From assembly GCF_006345805.1 (NCBI RefSeq), contig NC_043004.1, positions 52,204,001 through 52,268,000 of the forward strand: a stretch of 64,000 bases of DNA, given 5' to 3'. How positions within the stretch are numbered: the stretch's first letter is position 1; each line of letters starts with the position of its first letter. Below the pieces are notes generated by a model. The model did no database searches. It was not told the origin of the DNA and worked only from the letters and a program-made list of their open reading frames with translations. A program made the translations under genes and the position numbers. Below, in pieces: positions 25,868 to 36,819 of this stretch. The DNA comes from Octopus sinensis. Its lineage: Eukaryota.

Positions 25868-26053
25868 ACGACACAAAAACGCCGTCCGCCGCGGCCGTTG
25901 GCTGCGGCGGGGAGTCGGGCGTCGCAAGAAAGGGCGGCACTCGCCGCGAGGCCCGATTTACTAGCGCGAGCCGCCGCCGCTCGATCGTCCCCTTACCACA
26001 ATGCCAGGCCGTCATCGTTGCGAAGCGCTACTGCGACGGCCGCGCCGCCCCGA
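25868..26053 (+). other. Probable ITS2 5' segment
   Basis: Very GC/CpG-rich segment directly continuing the 5.8S 3' end in an otherwise AT-rich, CpG-poor window. Confidence 0.7.
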
Positions 26054-26124
26054 ATTATATATGTTGAAGCATTTATGGTGTGGTGAAGCAACATTTTGCT
26101 AAACCCTTAATTTTATATATATAT

Positions 26125-26171
<47 letters not shown>

Positions 26172-26332
26172 ACAGGTGTATATGTATATATTTCTGCATG
26201 AGCATTCTTTTAGATAACACACTATTGGAAAAACACATACTTTTACTATCAGACATCCGCCTAGCTATATCATTATACACACATCGCGCGCACACACACA
26301 TTTCATAGATATATGTACATACACATATATAT

Positions 26333-26431
<99 letters not shown>

Positions 26432-26759
26432 ACTTTCTCCGTTTTATTTTCCATCCTTGTTTCCGTATACAGTCGCTGCTTTCTTCCAAGGAACAGTGCT
26501 CTTAGCTTAGATTTTCCTCGAGGCAGGCCAAATTGGAGCAATCTGGAGTATAAGCAGCCGAAATTGTAAGGATATTCTGGGGCTCGACTGAGGAAAGAAA
26601 ACTCCGAATGACTCGTGCTTGTTTTCTTTGTATCCTCTATCTGGATGTTTTGTTGTCCCTTTCTTGTATCACCTAACTGCCTGCATATTTTGCGTCCTTG
26701 TCCCATTTTGTATTTTTTATATTTATACATACATGCAAACGCACATACATAGATGCATA

Positions 26760-26796
<37 letters not shown>

Positions 26797-26861
26797 TGTA
26801 TACATATATATATATATATATACATACTCTCCTCCATACGAATATGATGTATGTATTTGCG

Positions 26862-26910
<49 letters not shown>

Positions 26911-26999
26911 GTGTGTGTGTGTGTGTGTCTGAGTAATTGTCAATCTATATGCAGTGCGTATTAGTTATATATACATTCATATGCATGCAAGCATAAATG

Positions 27000-27090
<91 letters not shown>

Positions 27091-27294
27091 TTATCTGTCT
27101 GTCCGTCTGTCTCTCTCTCTGTCTGTTTGTCTGTCTGTCTATCTCTTTCCCTATATATACATACATACATACATGCAAAAAGACGCACACATACATACAC
27201 ATATATATATAACCAGACACACATATATATAGTCATGTACACACATACATGCACATATACATATACACAGACATACACACACACACATACACAC

Positions 27295-27327
<33 letters not shown>

Positions 27328-27505
27328 CACATATATATATGTATATATAGTCATGTGCACCCATACACAGACCAGAATCATCCCGCTTTGATTTGTCTAT
27401 TTTAGTATTTAACCTTGCTTCCAAAAAACGCATGAAAAAATATAACTACCTAAATACATAAAAGCATATACTTATATACATACACACACACACACACACA
27501 CACAC

Positions 27506-27550
<45 letters not shown>

Positions 27551-28145
27551 GTATATACATGTATGTATGTATATATATATATACATATTTACACACACAT
27601 ATGTATGCTTAAACGTACATCCACACAAACGCACACATCTTCATATGAATGTATGCATTTATATATAAGGAAACATACTAAGTATAAACAGTCCTCTTTT
27701 CAGAATAAGTGGAGAAAATAACTTTCTTTATAAACAATTTAAATACACAATACCTCTTATTATGTGTCCACTTGAAACTTTTATTTCAGTATGATTGTGT
27801 GCCTCTGCTGATCTGACAGTTTCTCTCACATCTACTTTGATTTCTCCCTCATCAGTTCTTTTACTCTCTATATCATTTCGTCTTCCTCTTTCTCTTTTCT
27901 TCTGTATTTTTCTTTTCTTCATTTTTTTTTGTTTTTTTAGATACTGATCGAAGTATATTTTCTAGAGGAACTTCTATTGACCTCTTTTTCCCATATTTTG
28001 TCTCTTTCTGTCTGTTTAAACAAAATATAAACAAATATTCCTACGAAACTTGAGGTACAGTGTTTCAGGGTTAATTTGAGGTTATCGTCGGAGATAAGCT
28101 ATTCTTATTGTTAAATTGCTTAAAAATATATATTTCTTTATTTGT

Positions 28146-28189
<44 letters not shown>

Positions 28190-28649
28190 GCAAATATATA
28201 TATGTATATATATATATATATGTGTATGTGCGTACTTATGTATATATATGCGTGTATGTATGTCTGTATGTGTTTGTGTGCAGATGTATGTGTGCGTGTA
28301 TGTTTGTGTGTGTGTGTAAATGGGGATGATGTTTTTTTCAATCCTACACTCGTACGTAGATTTGCTATGATCAATTTCAGACCTGATTTAAGAATCTAGT
28401 TTTAAAATCACCTGCTTCTTGTCTTATTATGTATTCATTGATGTAAACCAGTATTTTGTAAAGGAACTTTGATTTTAGTTATAAGTATGTTTCTGCGTGT
28501 GTATATATATATATATATATATGTATGTATTTGTGTGTGTGCGTGTGTGTATCTGTGTGTATACACATATACATATATATGTATGCATGTATGTATATAT
28601 GTCTATGTATCTACCTCTGTCCCTGTTTCTGTCTTTCTCTCCCCTTCTC

Positions 28650-28706
<57 letters not shown>

Positions 28707-28711
28707 CTATG

Positions 28712-28885
28712 TAGGCGCAGGAGTGGCTGTGTGGTAAGTAGCTCGTCTACCAATCACATGGTTCCGGGTTCAGTCCCACGGCGTGGCACCTTGGGCAAGT
28801 GTCTTCTACTATAGCCTCGGGCCGACCAAAGCCTTGTGAGTGGATTTGGTAGACGGAAACTGAAAGAAGCCCGTCGTATATATGT

Positions 28886-28932
<47 letters not shown>

Positions 28933-29420
28933 TGTGTGTGTTTGTGTGTCTGTGTGTGTGTGTTTGTGTGTCTGTGTCAAGCTTTGCTTGACAACCTATT
29001 TCTTTACTACCCACAAGGGGCTAAACACAGACAGGACAAACAAGGACAGACAAACGGATTAAGTCGATTATATCGACCCCAGTGCGTAACTGGTACTTAT
29101 TTAATCGACCCCGAAAGGATGAAAGGCAAAGTCGACCACGGCGGAATTTGAACTCAGAACGTAAAGACAGACGAAATACCGCTAAGCATTTCGCCCGGCG
29201 TGCTAACGTTTCTGCCAGCTCGCCGCCTTTTTTGCTTGACAACCGATGCTGGCATGTTTATGTCCCCGCTACTTAGCGGTTCAGCAAAAGAGACCGATAG
29301 TATAAGTACTGGGCTTACAAAAGAATAAGTCCTGGGGTGGAGTTTGCTCGATTAAAGACGGTGCTCCAGCATGGCCGCAATCAAATGACTGAAACAAGTA
29401 AAAGAGTAAAAGAGTAAAAA
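28712..29420 (+). mobile_element. SINE family A (tRNA head, internal TA/TG microsatellite, 3' body), interrupted by a family B SINE
   Basis: A box TGGCTGTGTGG, B box GGTTCAGTCCC; 3' body cttgacaaccgatgctgg...gaaacaagtaaaagagtaaaag. Confidence 0.9.
28997..29230 (-). mobile_element. SINE family B nested in family A, with 14-bp TSD
   Basis: TTTGCTTGACAACC at 28983-28996 and 29231-29244. Confidence 0.92.
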
Positions 29421-29440
29421 AATATATATACATATCTATC

Positions 29441-29520
<80 letters not shown>

Positions 29521-30004
29521 CCTATGTGTGTGTGTGTGCATGTGTGTGTTTGTCGATAGATAATCTATCTTTCTGACTACTACCTTCGTAAAGACAAAAA
29601 CGTGCTTATACCGTCTCCTTCATAACCTCGTCCTGCTGGCGTTGAGAAGTTTTCTATTGTCTTGGCTTAACAGCCCACAACGTTTGTTTTTATTGTTTTG
29701 TTCTCACTGTCCTGTTCTTGTTACCACTTTCACCCTCCGTAAAAAATCCCAAATTTGATTTAATTTAGTTTGCAGGAAGGACTGTTTCAACAAACTCGCG
29801 TCTTGTCCTTACCTTCGTAACGCGAAGTAGTTGAAACAGGGACAACTGCAGAAGGGGAATATTGTTTATGTTGTATGTCTCGTTTCTCTGTGTTTTCGTT
29901 GTCCGAAAAAATTTCGTTTCTATGTTTTTGTTTATACACATATGTATATATATATATGCATATATTTATATATTATTTTTATTATATATATACACATACA
30001 TACA

Positions 30005-30116
<112 letters not shown>

Positions 30117-30504
30117 TGTTGAAGTATTCTTGAGGTATATTCGAACCCGTAATAATGTTTCTCACTGTATTTTGAATGGATAAAATTTCTCGTTGTGTAC
30201 AGGTGTGTGTATTTATACACATCACTGCGTAGCGTGTTCATGCCGTAATTTATCTGTGGCGATCCAGTAACTAGCGCAACGAGTCACTGTACGATGACGG
30301 GAATATAATAGCAGTCTCTCTTGTCTCTCATCGGGTCTGTCATTCTGCCTGGTACTGAGGAGTAGAAAACCGCTCTAAAATGCCTGCAACCTCCCGTCTG
30401 CTAACAAGTCTGTAAGTACATATATTACATATATTAGTATTATATGTCTAGATATGTTTGCTTATATGTGTATGTATGTATGCATGCACACACACACATA
30501 TATA

Positions 30505-30833
30505 TTGTGACCCCCTTCGGTCAGACACTGACCATGGGTTTGCACCTAGAGAGTTACCCTCTGAGGCACAAGTCTGGGCAAGGTTGTTTTTTATGGAAAA
30601 CCAGCAGTCGCCCTCCCCTCTCCACGTCACCGATGTTGTCCAAGACAAAGGCAAGGGCCGATACAGCTTGGCACCTGTGACGTCGCAACTCATTTCTACA
30701 GCTGAGTGAACTGGAGCAACGTGAAATAAAGTGTCTTGCTCAAGAACACAATACGCAGCCCGGTCCGGGATTCGAGCTCACAACCTCACGATCGTAAGCT
30801 CGACGCTCTAACCACTGAGCCACGCGTCTTCAC
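30505..30833 (-). mobile_element. tRNA-derived SINE family C
   Basis: Reverse complement begins GTGAAGACGCGTGGCTCAGTGGTTAGAGCG...CTCGAATCCC (A and B boxes), then ttgagcaagacactttatttcacgttgctccagttcactcagctg central domain. Confidence 0.85.
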
Positions 30834-32049
30834 TACACACACACACACACACATTTATATATATATACATATGTTTATGTATATCCATGCATCTGTGCAT
30901 CCATCCATTATACTACTTAACTTTCATTTGGCATTGGTGAATGTTACGTCCGTTCAAATCTATATCAATCATTATTATTGCCGCTATTTCGGGATATTGT
31001 AATCCAAAGCATGTCATCGATGTGTTCCTTTCTAAACTGGAAGGCTGCAACCTGAATTAGATGTGGATGCTACTATTAGCAGGTCCCCTCTTTGTTTTAC
31101 ATCTATTTCTAGCTGCATTGCACTATGAAAAGTCCGTTATAACCATTTCCAACAGCTGACCACAGAGTCGTTTTTTTTTTATTCAGTTCCGCATCTCCAT
31201 TTAGCGGTTATTAAACCGAACAGCTCGCATGCCACTTTACATGTTAGAGACAGACTTCGATCAAAGCTTGATAAGAAAATCAGTGTAGTGGCCATAAGAC
31301 CAGTCAAAATCTACAGACAATTTAACATGAGTAACTAGTTAATTAAAAGTTAATTGTGATATCTGTAAGATTCCATCTGAGTTGATGTGTAATTGAAATA
31401 CTATGTAGCAGGTGATTAGGTTAAAATTTGCAGAGGAATTAACTCCAGGAAACAATCCCCATAGAGTAACGTTGGTTGTGAGCTCGTGGACTGTGAGCTT
31501 AACTATAAAAATACACCATAAAATCAGTGTCTCCTAAGGGATTAAATATGAAAACGATCGTTATAACTTGAAATTCCCCGCGAGCGCTTTGTACGGGTCA
31601 TATGGAAGTGAATGTTTGCTGGGAGACTTAGAAAGGGCAGATCCCGTGTAGGACAAAGTTCACTGAGTCATCATAACTAAAAATGATCATTAGATTAAGG
31701 GTTATCAAGAAGCAATAGGTAAGATGGTGTCATTGTGTGAACTTTCACAGAAGTATTTATATGTAGGACCAATCACTCTGTCAAAGATCATTGGAGAACT
31801 ATATATAGGAGTTCAACTTTAGGTCAATGTCCAGTAGTTGATGAGGAAGTAAATTAGTTCCAACATGGCCGCCATCTTGCGTACAATGTTTAGAAATTCT
31901 AGACATTCACAGAAATCCGGAAATGATAAAGTCGCCATTTTCACTGCATTGAATTTAAACGAAATGCAATTAAATTATTTTTTTCTATTTTGTTTTTTAG
32001 GCCAGCATTGTGAAGTGTATGTTATATCGCTAATAACAGCAAAAAATGC

Positions 32050-32230
32050 AACAAACACCACCACAACCACTAGCATCATCACATCACCACCACCACCACC
32101 ACCACCACTACCATCGTCACCACCATTACCACTATCACCACCACCACCACCACCAACAACAACAACTCCACCCCTCCACTACCACCAACACCACCACCAC
32201 CAAAACCACCACCACCACCACCACCACCAC
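32050..32230. repeat. (CAC)n-type trinucleotide repeats; also ~46192-46345 and ~60690-60815
   Basis: Direct inspection; source of spurious poly-Pro/His/Thr ORFs. Confidence 0.95.
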
Positions 32231-32424
32231 ATAAAGTGTATTACAGAATTAGTTAAGCGGACATTCGTCATCAACAAATTGTGGTTTGTCCTGAAAAAGG
32301 CAATTAGAGTAGAATCGCTTAGGTTTAGTAAGGTATTAATGATAGAAAGAAATAAAATAGAAGGGAACTTTAAAAAAAAAACTTTAGAGAGGAGCTTAGG
32401 AAAGGCATTGTAACCGATGTGCTG

Positions 32425-33040
32425 GCTGCGAGATTGACTCAAGTCACGAAGTTTGTATTGTGAGAGCTGCGTGATTGCTCGAAGAGAAGAGAAACGAAAG
32501 CCCCTCGATGATCCCCAGTGGCAGAGGCGCAATAAGACAAGAAAGCACCAATTCGGTATTTGGTGGACCAAAATGGGCACATGGTACTCGAGCGGGAGCA
32601 GGTTGCGGCATTTCAGCAACACCTCGCCCAAATGTAGATATCTGCGGTGGACCACATTGAAAGGGCTGAAGGCAGACACTTTTCTCTTTGGCCAAGGCCT
32701 CATCAACTGCTTTAAGTTTTACTTGAAAATGAAAGTGAGGGTGGAAGGGAATTGTTCCTTCCAAGATATTTTATTAAGAGGTGGATGAATATACAGCGAA
32801 TGACCTATCTGAACTGGCTTATTCTTAGCATGCACCTCTAGATCGAGGCAGATGAAGTGGAGAAGGCACTTGCCCTAGAGGTCAGGCCAATCGTGGTTTT
32901 TGTATGGTTTTACGAGCAGTTTTTGAACCTCTCCTACATTTGGAGATTTATTTGTTATTGAATCCCATTCTATATGTGTTATATTGTTCTGAACAGTCCC
33001 CAGACTTTTTTATGTGCATCCTCAGTGGTGAATAAAGAAA
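32425..33040 (+). pseudogene. Internally deleted Tx1/L1-clade LINE fossil
   Basis: Linker-like RYLVDQNGHMVLEREQVAAFQQHLAQ is joined directly to C-terminal WTTLKGLKADTFLFGQGLINCFKFYLKMKVRVE, homologous to the 46930-47100 region. 3' UTR similarity (gagaaggcacttgcc / gaaagggcacttgct). Confidence 0.6.
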
Positions 33041-33046
33041 GGATTA

Positions 33047-33101
<55 letters not shown>

Positions 33102-33435
33102 GTTATTGTTATTGTTGTTGTTCTGTTGTTGTTGATGGGGTTGTTGGTGCTGTTGCTGTTGTTGTTGTTCTTCTTATTATCATTATTATTATTACGTTTA
33201 TATATTCATTTTGCAAGATTCTTGATGTGAAACGCACTATATATTTGGTGTTCACTTACGTCAGCTTTATTTTTATATTAATTGTATTTCGGCCAGAGTT
33301 CTTTCGTCACACTTCAGTGTCCTCGTCAGTGATCCTTTGCTTTCTTTTTTCTTTTTTGTGTGTCTCTCCTTACCAATGATGTGACATTTTGTATTCAAAA
33401 TGGCAGATCTTTAGTAAAGAGAGACACACATTAAT

Positions 33436-33479
<44 letters not shown>

Positions 33480-33695
33480 TAAGGTGGCGAGTTAGCAGAA
33501 TCGCTAGCACGCCGGGCGAAATGTTTAGTGGTACTTCGTCTCTCTTTACGTTCTTAATTCAAATTCCACTGAGGTCGACTTTGCCTTTCATCCTTTCGGG
33601 GTTGATAATTTAAGTACCAGTCAAATATTGGGTCAATATGATCGACTTGTCCCCTCCCACCCAAACGTAAGGCCTTGTGCCTAAAGTAAAAAGAA
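33480..33695 (+). mobile_element. SINE family B with (TTA)n tail (33696-33791)
   Basis: aaggtggcgagttagcagaatcgctagcacgccgggcgaaat...gtcgactttgcctttcatcctttcgggg...ggccttgtgcct. Confidence 0.9.
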
Positions 33696-33710
33696 TTATT
33701 ATTATTATTA

Positions 33711-33792
<82 letters not shown>

Positions 33793-34437
33793 CCCTGTTT
33801 ATAAGGCGTCGCCGCATATAACGCGGGTGGTTTGATGGGCCCCAAATAATTTGAAACAGAATTTCCCTCATTATGGCTCACAATTTGCAAAAACCTTGAT
33901 TGAATGCAGAATTTCGGCGAATTTCAACAAAATACATATCTTAATCAACAGCTTGAAAATATTGCAGTCAGTTACCAAATAATCGGGTGCTAATTACATG
34001 TTTTGTGTGCGTAATTTCTTTGATTTTGTGATAAAGACAACGCCTTTTTGACCGGTGAGCGCGTTTGACAGCTTGTTTTCCACGATTTGACTGGACTGTT
34101 TGAAGATGCTTCGCCAATCAAAGGGATCGAAAGAGTCAAACAAATTAATATTTAAAGGAAGTAATTAACACCTTGGAGATACGATTTATATAATAGGGAG
34201 ACCATATTACACTTCATCCATTACAATTTCAAGCTATCTTGCAGATATTTAAAAAAAATTCCGTATGAATACACAATTCCTCAGAGGAAATTCTATCAGT
34301 AAATGAAAATTTAAGTCTGGTTGACTGCATACGAATTGCAATGCAAAAGCATTTCATACGTATTTATTGAAAATTCTTATTTTAGAGTCAACAGGAACTA
34401 CTTACGAAAGTAAACCATGTAAATATATTTTTAATGT

Positions 34438-34850
34438 TGCGCAGGAGTGGCTGTGTAGTAAGTAGCTTGTCTACCAGCCACATGGTTCCGGGTTCAGTCC
34501 CACTGCGTGGCACCCTGGGCAAGTGTCTTCTACTATAGCCTCGGGCCTACCAAAGCCTTGTGAGTGGATTTGGTAGACGGAAACTAAAAGAAGACCGTCG
34601 TATTTATGTATATATATGCGTGTGTGTGCTTGTGTGTCTGTGTTTGTCCCCTAGCATTGCTTGACAACCGATGCTGGTGTGTTTATGTCCCCGTTACTTA
34701 GCGGTTCGGCAAAAGAGACCGATAGAATAAGTACTGGGCTTACAAAAGAATAAGTCCCGGGGTCGAATTGTCGATTAAAAGGCGGTGCTCTAGCATGGCC
34801 ACAGTCAAATGACTGAAACAAGTAAAAGAGTAAAAGAGTAAAAGAGAGTA
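34438..34850 (+). mobile_element. SINE family A, complete
   Basis: tRNA-like head, central domain, short TA/TG tract, 3' body and (GTAAAAGA)n tail. Confidence 0.92.
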
Positions 34851-35053
34851 AAGTACTGTAATTCACGATATTTTATAATTTGTTGGCATTATATGATTAA
34901 TGTTAAACTTGATTTAACGTGTTTTTAGTTCAAACCAAATATCTCATTTTCTTCTATTATCGCCTGCCCACTCTTACCCGTGAATCCGCGACCCGGATAG
35001 AACGGGATTCGATTTCTTGGATCCCATTACCAGCGTTATAGAACGGGAGCACT

Positions 35054-35108
<55 letters not shown>

Positions 35109-35112
35109 TATT

Positions 35113-35658
35113 GAGTGAGAGAGCAGAGCATGCCATCAAAGTGACACTGGGGTAAAATATACGAAGCCCAATTTACCCATCATGACTACCCGTCTGATAA
35201 GGGTACACCAGGCACATGCATCACAACCATATGTGCGCGACATAGTGATCTCATATCAAGATAAACAGCACATGACCTTGCAGATGGGGCCCAGTTAGAA
35301 TTTTCTTCAGGTTGAGTAGCCCATCCCACTCAAAAGGTCCCTGAATAAGGGTTGTTTAAGGATGTTGAAAGAACCACCCATGTTTCCAGAGGTGAATTAT
35401 TCAAACCCCAAAGAATCCCTCTCAACACATGGCTATGATGCTCCCCCACTACTTCTGCTCGTGATCAGAGATGCACATATCGTCAGCCACTAAGGGACAT
35501 GCTCAACTGGTTAAGGTCAAACAACTGACAAGCAAATCTGTGGTATTGAGCAGAATATTTGCTGTAGCCCATCTTTTATACCAAGACAAAACAATGTACA
35601 TGATCTACTTCCAATCAGTTAAGATCAGAAGCCATGAGAAGTTAAGATCAGAAGCCAT

Positions 35659-35659
<1 letters not shown>
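35113..35659 (-). mobile_element. Non-coding ~560-bp (TAA)n-embedded element, copy 1 (one end shortened, with a 20-nt tandem duplication)
   Basis: High similarity to 39350-39811, 40253-40810 and ~47592-48019; (TAA)n on both sides. Confidence 0.85.
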
Positions 35660-35698
<39 letters not shown>

Positions 35699-35760
35699 GA
35701 ATATTATTATTATCATTATTATTATTGTCATCATCATCATCATCATCATCATCATTATCA

Positions 35761-36390
35761 TGTTTGCTACTTACTTTTAATCCGCATGTTTATTGCAATC
35801 TTTTGCCGAGACACATCAAGCGTCTTGGGGGCAAGTAAATTGTAAGAGATGTTACATTATAACGGAAAGCTGGGGAGAGGGTAAGTGGCTTGAGCAGTAG
35901 TGTAATACTTCCATATAATACATCACGAATATTCATACTGATAGAGTTTTTCTAAGGACGTGAGCAGTACTTGTAAGCACAATGCTTTTGATTTCATTGA
36001 GTCATAGGTCTCCTGGGATGTTGTCTAGTAGTTTCAGATATCCCTTTTATCATACCTACAATAATAGGAAATGTTTTCGCTCTAAGATACCCCATCTTTT
36101 GTATTTTAATTTCCAGTTTGTCAAATTACTTTACAGACATATTTCTGTCAGTAGGAACAGTTACATATATTAGTTTACACAGATTTTCTTCGCATTTAAT
36201 AATTATGACTCACCGATTAACTAGGATCGTTTTGTAGGTGTTGAGTGGAAAATTCCAGAAGCTGGTGAAATTTATACCTGCAACGAATGGCTCAGGATGA
36301 TGCTTATACCAGTTAGAAGCAGTGCCGATTTTGTACTGTTTACATATTTTCCAATGTAAATACTGTCCTACCCTATCGTGGTAATTTCTG
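35761..36390 (-). pseudogene. Old R4/Dong-type LINE 3' end (divergent subfamily, RLE domain)
   Basis: HDRVGQYLHWKICK...W.F...YVTVPTDRN.SVK...KLEIKIQKM..L..KT.PIIVG...TSTAHVLRKTLS*, with a distinct 3' UTR ending at GAT/AAT repeats. Confidence 0.75.
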
Positions 36391-36747
36391 TATTTCTAAT
36401 TCAAGATCTTTATACATGCTCAGTTTTTGGTAGGTCTTGACAGATACGTTTATATCAATTGGGACAGTCATATCAATGAGGAGGCATGATTTTTAGCTGA
36501 GGTTTTTCAATATCATGATTGTCCTAGTTCAGGTTTTGCAAATTACCCAGTGAATGTACTGTGCAGCTCTATCATGCCTATTGAGATACTCAGTAGGCGC
36601 AAGAAGACTGCACTTGGAGAAAACATAATCAATGGTTTCATTTTGATGTTGACATATACGACATGTTGGGAAGCTGCCCTTCTTTAATATGTTGGCCTGG
36701 TAGTTCCTTGTCAAGATTAGATATTTCAGTAATTGACCAGTTAATGA
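36390..36747 (-). pseudogene. Doubly internally deleted copy of the Dong element
   Basis: INWSITEISNLD joined to RNYQANILKKGSFPTCRICQHQNETIDYVFSKC (about 520 bp missing relative to 37616-38136), plus a second ~110-bp deletion in the RLE region. Confidence 0.85.

Positions 36748-36818
<71 letters not shown>

Positions 36819-36819
<1 letters not shown>

Larger units (their letters stand above)
25582..26110 (-). mobile_element. Hammerhead-bearing element with inverted termini enclosing an rRNA fragment
   Basis: 32-bp inverted repeat (25582-25613 vs 26079-26110, 2 mismatches), hammerhead at 25742-25786 and rRNA/ITS2 insert at 25792-26053. Confidence 0.75.

Noticed and set aside
26581-26618. CTGAGGA...CCGAAT with GCTCGA/TCGTGC flanks
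   Set aside because: GAAA is broken and there is no clear UH site; at most a degenerate relative.
33285-33335. Minus-strand CTGACGA-GG...CC-GAAA
   Set aside because: Stems I and III do not form.
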